From the NCBI GenBank assembly GCA_964644035.1, contig CAZXUH010000001.1, forward strand, positions 323,712 through 387,711: a DNA stretch of 64,000 nucleotides, written 5' to 3'. Below are positions 52,349 to 62,519 of this stretch, piece by piece; within the stretch, counting starts at the first letter, position 1, and each line of letters begins with the position of its first letter. A program made the position numbers and the translations under genes. A model generated the notes under the pieces. It was not told where the DNA came from. It was given only the letters and a program-made list of their open reading frames with translations, and ran no database searches. The DNA is from an uncultured Candidatus Saccharibacteria bacterium (GTDB taxonomy: Bacteria > Patescibacteriota > Minisyncoccia > Phycocordibacterales > DAORIS01).

Positions 52349-54415
52349 CTATTTTCCAAACTTTCGCTTTGGCTTTTTCTCCTTTTCAGCCATTGGTTTC
52401 ATACCCAAAAGCGCCGCAATCTCGTCACGTAAAATAGCTGCTGTTTCAAAATCAAGCATCTGGACTGAGTCATCCATCTGTTTCTGTTTGTCTTTGATCA
52501 AAGCATCTGGATTTTGATTGAATCGTGCCATGTCAAAATCCATGAGAGTTTTAACTGTCTTTTGATGATCGGTGCGCAACTGATCGGTAATATCGTGGAT
52601 CTTTTTCGAAATAGTCTTCGGTGTAATACCATGTTCTTTGTTATAGGCAATCTGCAGTGCTCGGCGACGATTGGTTTCTTTGATTGCTCTTTCGAGTGAA
52701 CCTGTCATCACATCGGCATAAAGTATTACCCTGCCCTCTATGTTGCGAGCTGCACGGCCTATGGTCTGAATAAGGGCTGTTTCTGAACGCAAAAAACCTT
52801 CTTTGTCGGCATCCAAAATACCAATCAGTGATACTTCAGGCAGATCGAGACCTTCCCTGAGCAAGTTGACGCCAACCAAACAATCAAATTCTCCTTTACG
52901 AAACTTGGTCAGGATCTGAATACGCTCAATAGTTTCGACATCGCTATGCAAATACTCCGCCTTCATTTTTCTTTCTTTCAAAAATTCACTAAGATCTTCG
53001 GCCATTTTCTTGGTCAAAGTTGTAGCGATCACTCGTTGATCTTTTTTAATCACTTTTTCTGCTTCATCGATAAAATCAAATATTTGTCCCTTGTACTGAC
53101 CATCACCTTTACCCTTTTGCTCTATAGGCTTAACAATAAGCTCTGGATCTATAAGACCGGTAGGACGAATGACCTGTTCAGCTACAACAGAGCTTTTTTC
53201 CAATTCATATTTTCCGGGAGTGGCCGATGTATAGACTGTCTGACCAACTTTTTCTTCAAATTCCGCAAATTTCAACGGACGATTATCCCTCGCCGAAGGT
53301 AATCTAAAGCCATGTTCAATCAGCGTGTTTTTTCGTGATTGATCACCAGCATACATACCACCTATTTGTGGCACCGTAACATGTGATTCATCGATAATAG
53401 TCAGAAAGTCTGGATTACCATCTTTGTCATGTGGAAAATATGAGAGCAAGCTGTCTGGAGCTTCTCCAGGCTTTTTATTTGAGAAATGTCTTGAATAGTT
53501 TTCTATACCAGAACAATAGCCAACTTCTCGTATCATTGCTAGGTCGTATGTCGTTCTGCGCTTGAGACGTTCGTGTTCCAAAATCTTACCCTCCTTGCTG
53601 AGTTCAGCTAAGCGCCCCTCTAACTCATCTTTGATGCTTTTCATCACCCGTTCTATCTGATTTTCTTCAGTAATAAAGTGCTTTGCAGGAAAGAGAAAGA
53701 ATACATCCACATCGGCCAAGTGGGCTCTTGAAACCGCATCATACTTTGTAATTCGTGAAATTTTGCCTTCTTCTATATCTATTTTATATACCTCGCTTTC
53801 TGAAACAGGCATGATTTCAATGCTATTGCCCATAGCACGAAATGTACCCGAACTTAAATCAGCTGTCGTTCTTTCATAATGCACATCGATAAGTTTGCGT
53901 ATAAAATCTGCACGAGTAATTTCCGTGCCCACCTTGATCTTAATATGCACTTTTTCATATTCGACAGGACTGCCCAAACCGTAAATACACGAGACCGAAG
54001 CAACAATAATAACGTCTTTGCGCGTCAGAAGTGCCTGAGTCGACGCATGACGTAGTCGATCGATTTCTTCATTGATCTGCGCTTCTTTTTCAATATATGT
54101 ATCTGTAACCGGCATATATGCCTCAGGCTGATAATAGTCGTAATAAGAAACAAAATAATGCACGGCATTGTCCGGAAAGAATTCCTTGTATTCTTGAGCA
54201 AGCTGCGCAGCGAGGGTTTTGTTGTGAGCAATCACAAGCGTCGGTTTGCCCACCTTTTGTATGATATTTGCAGCCGTAAATGTCTTACCAGATCCGGTCA
54301 CACCAAAAAGTGTCTGGTGCTTATTACCCTTTTTAATACTGTCCATGAGTGCAGCAATAGCCTTGGGCTGATCGCCTGCTGGTTCGTATTTACTTTTAAC
54401 ATTGAAGACGGCCAT
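52349..54415 (-). CDS. uvrB: Excinuclease ABC subunit B
   Basis: Start at MAVFNVKSKYEPAGDQPKAI. Walker A GVTGSGKT, beta-hairpin, DESH, C-terminal UVR domain. Confidence 0.9.
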   Translation of the reverse strand: MAVFNVKSKYEPAGDQPKAIAALMDSIKKGNKHQTLFGVTGSGKTFTAANIIQKVGKPTLVIAHNKTLAAQLAQEYKEFFPDNAVHYFVSYYDYYQPEAYMPVTDTYIEKEAQINEEIDRLRHASTQALLTRKDVIIVASVSCIYGLGSPVEYEKVHIKIKVGTEITRADFIRKLIDVHYERTTADLSSGTFRAMGNSIEIMPVSESEVYKIDIEEGKISRITKYDAVSRAHLADVDVFFLFPAKHFITEENQIERVMKSIKDELEGRLAELSKEGKILEHERLKRRTTYDLAMIREVGYCSGIENYSRHFSNKKPGEAPDSLLSYFPHDKDGNPDFLTIIDESHVTVPQIGGMYAGDQSRKNTLIEHGFRLPSARDNRPLKFAEFEEKVGQTVYTSATPGKYELEKSSVVAEQVIRPTGLIDPELIVKPIEQKGKGDGQYKGQIFDFIDEAEKVIKKDQRVIATTLTKKMAEDLSEFLKERKMKAEYLHSDVETIERIQILTKFRKGEFDCLVGVNLLREGLDLPEVSLIGILDADKEGFLRSETALIQTIGRAARNIEGRVILYADVMTGSLERAIKETNRRRALQIAYNKEHGITPKTISKKIHDITDQLRTDHQKTVKTLMDFDMARFNQNPDALIKDKQKQMDDSVQMLDFETAAILRDEIAALLGMKPMAEKEKKPKRKFGK

Positions 54416-54491
54416 ACAGGCATAGCCTATCAGTTTTTGAGGTAATAAAAAAGACACGCCAGTGTTGTATTGGCGTGTCTGAGATACATTG

Positions 54492-54704
54492 TCAACCCTT
54501 TTCCTTTTGCGGAAGTTGTCCGTATGCAGCTCTGTATTCCTCCAATTCGTCCAGTTGTTTTTTGCTGATCTTAGATGCTCCTTGAGTTGCAGAATGAAGT
54601 TCTTTGAGAATTTTGTCCCATGGTGCGTCGTCCTCCATAAGAATATCTAGATTGCACAGTGCACCTAAGACGCGTTGCCGAATCTTGTCCTTGGACATAG
54701 ACAT
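54492..54704 (-). CDS. Hypothetical small protein
   Basis: 70 aa with no motif. Confidence 0.35.
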   Translation of the reverse strand: MSMSKDKIRQRVLGALCNLDILMEDDAPWDKILKELHSATQGASKISKKQLDELEEYRAAYGQLPQKEKG

Positions 54705-54761
54705 GACGAAACTCCTTGCTGTAGTTGATCCACCACTAGCTTATCGTTTCTACAGGATTAT

Positions 54762-56009
54762 TCAAGCCTTGTAATACCCCTTCAAAAAAGCATCCCTGAA
54801 TTCAAAAAACGTATCATCGAGCATGCTTTGCCTGATTCTTTTCACTAGATTGACTATGAAATACAAATTGTGAACAGATGCTAGAGTTGCAGCCAACATT
54901 TCGTCGGCTTTGAACAAATGTGAGAGGTAGGCTTTGGTATATTTTTTGCAGGTATCGCATGCGCACTTTGAATCAATAGGAGAAACATCATTTGAGAATT
55001 GAGCATTACGAATATTGATTCGGCCGTGTTCTGTATAAAGCGATCCTGAACGTCCCATACGAGTCGGAGCAACACAATCGAAAAGATCGATTCCTCGTTC
55101 AGCTCCCATAAACAAATCCATCGGTTCACCAATACCAAGCAAGTGTCTTGGTTTTTCTTCTGGCAATATTCCATTGACCCACTCTACCGCAGTACTCATA
55201 TCTTCTTTCGCAAAAGAGCCACCAATACCGTATCCATCGAAATCCATCTTTGCAAAAAATTCCGCACTCTCTTTGCGCAAATCTTCGTGACGTCCGCCTT
55301 GTACCACACCAAACAACGCTTGAGTGTGTTTATTATCTTTTGATTGGTGATAATCGAGGCATCGTTTTGCCCATCGATGCGTACGAGCGAGTGCTTCCTG
55401 CTGATAGTGGTAGCTCTCTACAGGTGACGTGCATTCATCAAAAGCAAAAAACATATCTGCGCCAAGCTTGTGTTGAATATCGATTGACTTCTCTGGAGTA
55501 AAATAATGCGCACTACCATCTATATGTGATCGAAACATCACGCCATCGTGATCAATGGAGACGAGTTTTGCTTGAGGAAATTTTGATGGATCATCTTCAT
55601 CACTTTCTGCTTCGGGCAAAAGCAATTCTTCTTTTTCATCTTTGTCACTTTTCTTTCCAAGCTTGGAAAGGCTTCTGTTTTTCCCATAAGCAGCGCCCAG
55701 AGAAAAGACTTGGAATCCTCCTGAGTCTGTCATAGTGGGACCAGACCAGTTCATAAATTTCCCCAGTCCACCAGATTGCTCCACAAGCTCTGGTCCTGGC
55801 TGAAGATAGAGATGATAGGTATTTGCCAAGACTACTTGAGCTCCGAGATCTTTGACCTGCTCGGTGGTGAGCGCTTTGACGGTGGCTTTGGTACCAACCG
55901 TTACAAAAGCTGGTGTTTCTATGTCTCCATGTGGAGTATGCAAAACACCCACCCTGCCAAGGCTATTCTTGAGCTTTTTTTCTATTTTAAAACGAATTGG
56001 CGATGGCAT
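54762..56009 (-). CDS. tgt: Queuine tRNA-ribosyltransferase (with an acidic insertion)
   Basis: TPAFVTVGT, LANTYHL and zinc site CACDTCKKY...H. Insert ...KKSDKDEKEELLLPEAESDEDDPSKF. Confidence 0.85.
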   Translation of the reverse strand: MPSPIRFKIEKKLKNSLGRVGVLHTPHGDIETPAFVTVGTKATVKALTTEQVKDLGAQVVLANTYHLYLQPGPELVEQSGGLGKFMNWSGPTMTDSGGFQVFSLGAAYGKNRSLSKLGKKSDKDEKEELLLPEAESDEDDPSKFPQAKLVSIDHDGVMFRSHIDGSAHYFTPEKSIDIQHKLGADMFFAFDECTSPVESYHYQQEALARTHRWAKRCLDYHQSKDNKHTQALFGVVQGGRHEDLRKESAEFFAKMDFDGYGIGGSFAKEDMSTAVEWVNGILPEEKPRHLLGIGEPMDLFMGAERGIDLFDCVAPTRMGRSGSLYTEHGRINIRNAQFSNDVSPIDSKCACDTCKKYTKAYLSHLFKADEMLAATLASVHNLYFIVNLVKRIRQSMLDDTFFEFRDAFLKGYYKA

Positions 56010-56113
56010 TACAATTCCAGCTTATATCAAAAATCAATATATAGAAAGGAAAACCCTCTCCTGGCAAGGAGAGGGTTGATTTGAGCGAAGCGAAAGCGAG
56101 GTGAGGTGATGTT

Positions 56114-56623
56114 CTATTGAACCCCCAAAAGTTCTACATCAAACAAAAGAGTTGATCCGCCTGGTATTGAGTGATAATCCTCCATACCATAGCCAAGTTC
56201 TGGCGGAACGCTGAGCTTGCGCTTGCCACCAACCTTCATTCCTTCGACACCCTGATCCCAACCAGCGATAACCCTGCCAGCGCCGAGCGGAAAGGTAAAA
56301 GGTTCACCACGAGAGACCGATGAATCAAATATCTGTCCATTGGGAAATCTCCCCGTATAATGCACAGTGACGTTTTTGCCAGCTGTGGCTGTTGCCCCCG
56401 TACCGACGACAACATCTTCTATTTTTAGACCTTCGCTTGGTTGTGATGGCTGTGAATTGTTCATATTTGTGTTATTTACGCTTGTATTTGCCGAATTTGA
56501 AGCTGCAGACTCCAGATCGGCGTTAAAATTGCTTATTCTGGTGGTATCCTGTGACCTATTGATAAAATACTGAACTCCGAAGAGCACAGTCAGTACAATA
56601 ATGACTATAACGACATACTTCAT
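56114..56623 (-). CDS. FKBP-type peptidyl-prolyl cis-trans isomerase (membrane-anchored)
   Basis: Start at MKYVVIVII. FKBP domain VTVHYTGRFPNGQIFDSS...FPLGAGRVIAGWDQGVEGMKVGGKRKLSVPPELGYG. TATACT -10 lies 7 nt upstream of the ATG, so the transcript is leaderless-type. Confidence 0.8.
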   Translation of the reverse strand: MKYVVIVIIVLTVLFGVQYFINRSQDTTRISNFNADLESAASNSANTSVNNTNMNNSQPSQPSEGLKIEDVVVGTGATATAGKNVTVHYTGRFPNGQIFDSSVSRGEPFTFPLGAGRVIAGWDQGVEGMKVGGKRKLSVPPELGYGMEDYHSIPGGSTLLFDVELLGVQ

Positions 56624-56653
56624 ATATGCTAGTATATATTGAAAGACAATTTT

Positions 56654-57424
56654 ATGACAAATCAAGATACTAGCGATTTGAAGACTGAAAAGCCACCGGT
56701 ACCAGAAGAAAGAAGCGAACCAAGGCCAGTAACCCTCAAGGAAGTCGAGGATGAAATACAAAAGCGCGTTTCATTTATTGATCATGAATTCATCGAAGGA
56801 TTCAATCTCATCAAACACCTGCCAAAATCCGTAACTTGCTACGGTTCGGCACGGGTGATGGAAGATAGTGAATCGTACAACAAAGCTCGCTCTATCGGTG
56901 CTAAACTCGCAAAACTTGGGTATACGATTATTACTGGCGGCGGAGGTGGAATCATGGAAGCCGCAAGTCGTGGTGCGTATGACGTTGGCGGACGATCTGT
57001 TGGACTCAACATTCAATTACCCCACGAGCAACATCCCAATCCATACCTTAGTCATGAAATGCGTTTCTATTACTTCTTCACACGCAAAGTCATGCTTTCG
57101 TTTTCGGCTGAAGCGTATATATTTTTCCCTGGCGGATTTGGCACGCTCGATGAATTCTTCGAAATCCTCACCCTAGTCCAGACTGAAAAAATCGAAAAGG
57201 TTCCCATCTTTCTTGTTGGTAAAAACTATTGGAGCAAGCTTCAGTCATTTATCGATGAAACACTTTGTAAGGAATTCAAAACGATCGATCCTGCAGACAT
57301 GAATCTGTATACTATTACTGACGACGAAGATATGATTATGGATGTAATCCAAAAGGCTCCAGTACGCAACGGTATCCGTCTCCACTTCAAGTTTGACGAG
57401 CCCACACAACCTACCAACAATTAG
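56654..57424 (+). CDS. LOG-family (TIGR00730) cytokinin riboside 5'-monophosphate phosphoribohydrolase-like protein
   Basis: ITGGGGGIMEA and FFPGGFGTLDEFFE motifs. Confidence 0.8.
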   Translation: MTNQDTSDLKTEKPPVPEERSEPRPVTLKEVEDEIQKRVSFIDHEFIEGFNLIKHLPKSVTCYGSARVMEDSESYNKARSIGAKLAKLGYTIITGGGGGIMEAASRGAYDVGGRSVGLNIQLPHEQHPNPYLSHEMRFYYFFTRKVMLSFSAEAYIFFPGGFGTLDEFFEILTLVQTEKIEKVPIFLVGKNYWSKLQSFIDETLCKEFKTIDPADMNLYTITDDEDMIMDVIQKAPVRNGIRLHFKFDEPTQPTNN

Positions 57425-57877
57425 TTATCTACTGACTGATAATGTTCCTGAGGCCACTTCGGTACCTGGAGCAGAAATAGTTACACGTCCTGTCACAGAA
57501 TCTTGGATTATTGTATAGCCAGAATCATAATCAGTTACAGAAGAGAATCTTCCTGCTTTTGGATCAATTGGCAACGTCGATACATATGTTGGTACGAGAC
57601 AATCATGGATGTTGTACCCTCCTGATTTAATAGCGACTGTCGAAGTCGGTAGGGCTCCGGCAGCACAACCTTCATCAAATAACCCTTTATGGTCGGCAAT
57701 TCTCTCTCCTACCGCATTGAGCAGTGTATTGATATGCGACACTCGCTGCGTATCTCGAGCTTGAGCAAATTGCCGCGCAGGATTGATAGCCACAAGCACC
57801 ACAGTCGCCAATATGGCGATAATACCCATCACCAACAACACTTCTATTAGAGTAAATCCTTTTTTATTTTTATTCAT
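57425..57877 (-). CDS. Type IV pilin (major pilin candidate)
   Basis: Prepilin leader MNKNKKG|FTLIEVLLV with Glu+5. 150 aa. Confidence 0.8.
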   Translation of the reverse strand: MNKNKKGFTLIEVLLVMGIIAILATVVLVAINPARQFAQARDTQRVSHINTLLNAVGERIADHKGLFDEGCAAGALPTSTVAIKSGGYNIHDCLVPTYVSTLPIDPKAGRFSSVTDYDSGYTIIQDSVTGRVTISAPGTEVASGTLSVSR

Positions 57878-57951
57878 ATACTTGTATTTATTACTAATGG
57901 CACAAGTATAAATAATTAGGTATGAAATTCTGCTTCAAAAAGTATAAAGAC

Positions 57952-58338
57952 TTACTCAAATGAAAATGAAATGAGTTTCAAATTTGCATTATCAAATGTT
58001 GCACGGGCAGATACATACACATACTGAGAACTGTCTGTGATATACATTGTCGTAATAGTATTTGTTGTAGATACTGATTGTAGAGTGCAGGAACCATCGC
58101 CATTTTTAATAGCTTTTGGAAAACGTCGTAACCCATTTATATACCTAATAAAAGCTGCTGACATACAAGCTCTTAGGGTTATTTCAGATTCAATACGACT
58201 ACGCTCTCTAACAATCTGTTCTTCCATATGATAAAGCTGTAATTGGGCAGTGGTAAGAAAAACCAACAATATTGCCGCAATAGTACATACAGCCATGATT
58301 ACTACTACACCTTTTTTATTTGCAGCCGGAATAATCAT
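57952..58338 (-). CDS. Hypothetical pilus-cluster membrane protein
   Basis: N-terminal TM and no class III leader. 4-bp overlap with the upstream pseudopilin gene. Confidence 0.4.
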   Translation of the reverse strand: MIIPAANKKGVVVIMAVCTIAAILLVFLTTAQLQLYHMEEQIVRERSRIESEITLRACMSAAFIRYINGLRRFPKAIKNGDGSCTLQSVSTTNTITTMYITDSSQYVYVSARATFDNANLKLISFSFE

Positions 58339-58676
58339 TTTTGAAAAGAGCTAAAAATAAAATCTTTATTGCCTATTTTAAAACTACATATTGTTTTCTT
58401 TTCAAATCCAAAAAGTTCTTGTTCTGAGCATGAAAAATCTTTAATATCATCTGAAAATAAAACAGGTGCTATGCCTCGATCCAATAATTTCCCAAGTATA
58501 TGAGCACTGGATATTCCTTGGCTTAAAACTTGAATTAAAATTCTAGAGTGGTGAATATTTTTATTGATAATGCCAGCAACGTTGAAAAAACTCGCAAGCA
58601 ATAGTGAGAGCAGAGCGATGACCAACATAACCTCAAAAAGTGAAAATCCTCTTTGTTTTTGATTATTTGAGAGCAT
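58335..58676 (-). CDS. Pseudopilin (prepilin-type N-terminal methylation domain)
   Basis: QRG|FSLFEVMLVIALL. Confidence 0.6.
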   Translation of the reverse strand: MLSNNQKQRGFSLFEVMLVIALLSLLLASFFNVAGIINKNIHHSRILIQVLSQGISSAHILGKLLDRGIAPVLFSDDIKDFSCSEQELFGFEKKTICSFKIGNKDFIFSSFQK

Positions 58677-58677
58677 A

Positions 58678-60048
58678 TTAGTGAGTAATAATTGTTATTT
58701 TTGGATTATGCATTTCTACATATATAATCGTATTGTCCTCGCAATCAAATGAACCTATAGTGTCTGAAATCGTAAATTCTTTTTGTTTTTTAAATAGTTC
58801 CTGTCCAAATAGACCAAAGAAAGATAGTTGGGGTTTTGGTGAACCAATAAAAGCAACTAGTGCACCATGATCGGTAACGAGACTATTAATGCTCGCTGCT
58901 ACGTTGACTGAACTTAAAAGGATTGGGTTTAGGTGATTTGAAATATCATATGAAAAGATTTCATGATTGTTTGGATTGTCGAATCCTCCAACAGTTCTGC
59001 CAACATAGAGTGTATTTCCAACAATAGAAAGTGATTTGCCATCCTGTACAGAAAATCCGGGCGCACTGATGAATCCTTTTTCTTGTATATGGTGCGGATC
59101 AGCTACATCCAATATTCTGACTTGCTTTTGATCAGGAGTAGCAACATATGCAATCGTCTCCTTGAGTCGTATTGCATTAATTTGAGTATTAGTTTCAAAA
59201 CCTCCTAGATATTTTGGAGTTGTCGAAGCATTTCTATCATATGAAAAAACCAAAAATTCTGAGGAAGTAGACTTGGTAAGACCTAGATAAATTTTGTCAT
59301 CATAATAATAAAGAACATTACCTTGACCATAACCTGTTACACTTGATGATGTAGAGATCTGATACTCAAATACTTTTTTAGGTGTAGAAGGATTGGTAAC
59401 ATCTATCATCATAAGTGGATATCGTGTACTGCGCACAGCAGCAAACACTCGACCATCGATAGCATGAATTGCTGCTACACCCGATCCAGCATTACTTACG
59501 CGAGCACTCCCAACTATTACAGGTAGCGTAGTACTAGCGATGTCAAAAATATAAAAATCGGGATCAGTACCATTGGTATCAAATGACCTTCCTGCTATGT
59601 ATAAATAATCATTAAGAATATCAATGGACTCGGGTTGGAAGCTGGGAGGCAATGTATATGTGGCTGCTATGCGGTAATTGAAGCTATTTTTAGGAATAAT
59701 ATTGCACGTACTTGCACCTATTGAATGCTTAATATCGAACACATCGGCTGTATATGCATACGTAGAAGTAGCTCTCACACTTTGAATCAATCTAGAATCC
59801 TGCAACTCTTTAGACAAAACACCAATAGGATTAACCAAAACAGTAGTACTTGAAATTAGATTTTCTTCTGTAAAACTAATCATAGGAAACAAGTCCAGCT
59901 TAATATCCTGAACCGAAAAATACTTTTGCTCTTCTAATGCAATCCTTTGATCGCTCAAATGCATGGCGGGAAAAATGGTGGCGTAAAGAAAAATCACCAA
60001 TGCCAAAGCAATAACAATCTCAAAAATAGTAAAACCTCTTTTATCCAT
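58678..60048 (-). CDS. Minor/tip pilin: prepilin N-terminus fused to a large beta-propeller-like (LVIVD-repeat-like) domain
   Basis: Start at MDKRG|FTIFEIVIALAL (4-bp overlap with pilC). C-terminal ~400 aa has repeated ...YIAGRS...FYIFDIAS..., ...FAAVRSTRYPLMMIDVTNPS..., ...ATPDQKQVRILDVADP... beta-propeller-type repeats. Confidence 0.55.
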   Translation of the reverse strand: MDKRGFTIFEIVIALALVIFLYATIFPAMHLSDQRIALEEQKYFSVQDIKLDLFPMISFTEENLISSTTVLVNPIGVLSKELQDSRLIQSVRATSTYAYTADVFDIKHSIGASTCNIIPKNSFNYRIAATYTLPPSFQPESIDILNDYLYIAGRSFDTNGTDPDFYIFDIASTTLPVIVGSARVSNAGSGVAAIHAIDGRVFAAVRSTRYPLMMIDVTNPSTPKKVFEYQISTSSSVTGYGQGNVLYYYDDKIYLGLTKSTSSEFLVFSYDRNASTTPKYLGGFETNTQINAIRLKETIAYVATPDQKQVRILDVADPHHIQEKGFISAPGFSVQDGKSLSIVGNTLYVGRTVGGFDNPNNHEIFSYDISNHLNPILLSSVNVAASINSLVTDHGALVAFIGSPKPQLSFFGLFGQELFKKQKEFTISDTIGSFDCEDNTIIYVEMHNPKITIITH

Positions 60049-61111
60049 GAAGCGAAGGAGTGAGCGAATACATGGGCGCAATAACAGAAAAAGCAACAAA
60101 TCCAACAACAATAGCAAGCGCAGTCATGACGGCTGGTTCAGAAATTTTAATACAAAATTGAATAACCATATCCAATTCCCTCTCTTTTTCCTCAGAAATA
60201 CGTTTAATGGCATTTGGTAGTGTAGATGTCTTTTCTCCTACAGCCACGGCAGAAACAAGAGCTGTTTCAAAAATATAAGGATGTTTTTTCATACATTCCG
60301 ACAAAGAGAGGCCTGCTTTCATCCTCATTTGAATATCATGAAAAACATCGTGCACCGGCTTAAACGTTATATGGTACACAACATGTTCGAAACTATTGGT
60401 CACCGACACACCACTCTCAGTCAAAAGTGAGAGTAAATAAAACAAACGCTGCAACATGTAATGTTTTACTATTTTAGAAATCAGAGGTGTTTTAATTAAA
60501 ATATGTTGAATTAGATTCCTTACCCTGACATATTTTTTAAAAACAAAGATCCCAAGAAAAGCCGAGATAGAAATCGTTAAAATCACATATATCCAATATG
60601 TAGAGAAAAAATTATATAGAAAAAGTATTAGACGGGTAGAAAAAGGTAGAGAAACACCCATACTGGTAAATACCGGTATGAGTTGAGGAAAAACATAGGA
60701 AGCCAAGACAATCATAAGCGCATTCATTGCTAAAAATATAAGACATGGGTACAAAAGTGCCCCCATAATATTTTGTCGTATGCGCTGCTGCTTAGTAAGA
60801 TATTCACTGCATCTGCCGAATACTTCCCTTAGCTTTCCCCTTTCCTCACCTATTTTTATGAGTGCAACAATAATAGACGGTGTACGAAAGAATTGTCGTA
60901 GGGATTCGGCCAATGACTTACCCGCCATAACCGCTTCTGAAAGTTTTTTATAGGCATCAGATTTTCTTGAATCAAGAGTGTTTTGAATAGACAATGCTTC
61001 TGATACAGAAATTCCCGAATCCAAAAAAGCATTCATACTTTGGCAGAAACGCGACAAATCACGTATCGATATAGACTGTGTATTACTTTTTATTAGATTT
61101 CTTATTCGCAT
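60041..61111 (-). CDS. pilC: Type IV pilus/T2SS platform protein (GspF/PilC family, short form)
   Basis: 356 aa. Two GspF repeats and three TM. Confidence 0.85.
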   Translation of the reverse strand: MRIRNLIKSNTQSISIRDLSRFCQSMNAFLDSGISVSEALSIQNTLDSRKSDAYKKLSEAVMAGKSLAESLRQFFRTPSIIVALIKIGEERGKLREVFGRCSEYLTKQQRIRQNIMGALLYPCLIFLAMNALMIVLASYVFPQLIPVFTSMGVSLPFSTRLILFLYNFFSTYWIYVILTISISAFLGIFVFKKYVRVRNLIQHILIKTPLISKIVKHYMLQRLFYLLSLLTESGVSVTNSFEHVVYHITFKPVHDVFHDIQMRMKAGLSLSECMKKHPYIFETALVSAVAVGEKTSTLPNAIKRISEEKERELDMVIQFCIKISEPAVMTALAIVVGFVAFSVIAPMYSLTPSLHG

Positions 61112-62136
61112 GAAAGACTCATAATATCGGCCAATAATACTTTTCCTTGCTTTGATTTTTTAATACCGTCTTCAATGAGACTTATTGACTTATATTGTCC
61201 TGATACAAGTTCGTATACCACTGTTCTGCCTGCATAGCCTTTTTCTCTACATTCGATACAACCGGAAGATACCCATTCATCTGACGATGACTGACTAACA
61301 CACTTAATACAAAGACACCTTACAAGTCGCTGTGCGACTACAAGTTTTAGCGTGGCCTCGATCATATAGCGTTCAATACCCATATCTATAAATCTAGTTA
61401 CTACTTCATCGGCAGAGTTGGTATGAATGGTCGCAAATACCCTATGGCCTGTAAGCGCTGCTGAGACAGCAATACGAGCAGTCTCTGAATCTCTTATTTC
61501 CCCGACAATAATGACATCAGGGTCTTGCCGTAACACCGAACGCAGTCCTTCTGGGAATCTAAAACCCACTGCATGATTGACGGCAATCTGTCTGGTTTCA
61601 GAAAGAATATATTCTATAGGATCTTCAATACTAATAACAGAACTTTCTTTAGAAATAATTCCTGACACAATAGCGTAAAGGGTTGTTGTTTTACCACTAC
61701 CCGTTGGCCCTGCGACGATATATAAACCATTGCCACTATTGGCTTTTTTATTTAAAAATCCTTCATCTTCTTTTGAAAAACCGAGGGATTCCAAAGTAAT
61801 GGTCTGATTGTACGGCCGCAAAATCCTAAGAACCGCCGCTTCGCCAAAATAGCTTGGGGTAATGACAATTCTAATATCACGCACATGTTCGCCTTCTACA
61901 TGTATACGTCCGTCTTGAGGAATAAAGTGCTCATCGAGACGCATATTGGACATAACCTTCAGCCGAGCAATGACTTCATTGTGAAATACAATAGGATACT
62001 GGCAAATTTCTTCCAACAGACCGTCAGAGCGGATTCGTATAATCACCTTCTCCTGTTTGGGGTCTATATGAATATCAGAGGCATTGGCGTGGTAAGCGTC
62101 TGAGATAAGTGTGTCGACAAAATCGATAATATTCAT
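61102..62136 (-). CDS. pilB: Type IV pilus assembly ATPase (GspE/PilB/PilT family, short form with C-terminal tetracysteine)
   Basis: Walker A GPTGSGKTTT. Asp/His boxes. CIKC...CIEC zinc motif. 344 aa. Confidence 0.85.
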   Translation of the reverse strand: MNIIDFVDTLISDAYHANASDIHIDPKQEKVIIRIRSDGLLEEICQYPIVFHNEVIARLKVMSNMRLDEHFIPQDGRIHVEGEHVRDIRIVITPSYFGEAAVLRILRPYNQTITLESLGFSKEDEGFLNKKANSGNGLYIVAGPTGSGKTTTLYAIVSGIISKESSVISIEDPIEYILSETRQIAVNHAVGFRFPEGLRSVLRQDPDVIIVGEIRDSETARIAVSAALTGHRVFATIHTNSADEVVTRFIDMGIERYMIEATLKLVVAQRLVRCLCIKCVSQSSSDEWVSSGCIECREKGYAGRTVVYELVSGQYKSISLIEDGIKKSKQGKVLLADIMSLSCE

Positions 62137-62249
62137 GCCAATAGTATAGAAAAAGAGGTATGAAATAAGGCTGTAGATAAGATAAAGAGAAGATGAAATT
62201 GACCCTCAAAACATGGTATTATTGAGGAATATAATAATAAGCAAACACG

Positions 62250-62516
62250 ATGACATCTACATCAACCCAGGCCTTACAGCAACTTAAGCATCAAATAGAG
62301 GAAGAGGATCGCGAATTGCGCGACAACGAAACAAAGTTGCGTGAACATAAATCAGAAGTGGATAGAAAAAAGAGAGAGTATGAAACAGCTGACGCAAAAA
62401 TGAAAGAAGTTGAAAATAAAATCAACGATCTTACTCGAAGGAGAACAGCCAACCTTGGAGAACTACACAGGGTGGAGGAAGAACTTGAAAAAGCTGTTCA
62501 TAATCAGAAAAAATAG
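62250..62516 (+). CDS. Hypothetical coiled-coil protein
   Basis: 88 aa, highly charged heptad sequence. Confidence 0.4.
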   Translation: MTSTSTQALQQLKHQIEEEDRELRDNETKLREHKSEVDRKKREYETADAKMKEVENKINDLTRRRTANLGELHRVEEELEKAVHNQKK

Positions 62517-62519
62517 TTT

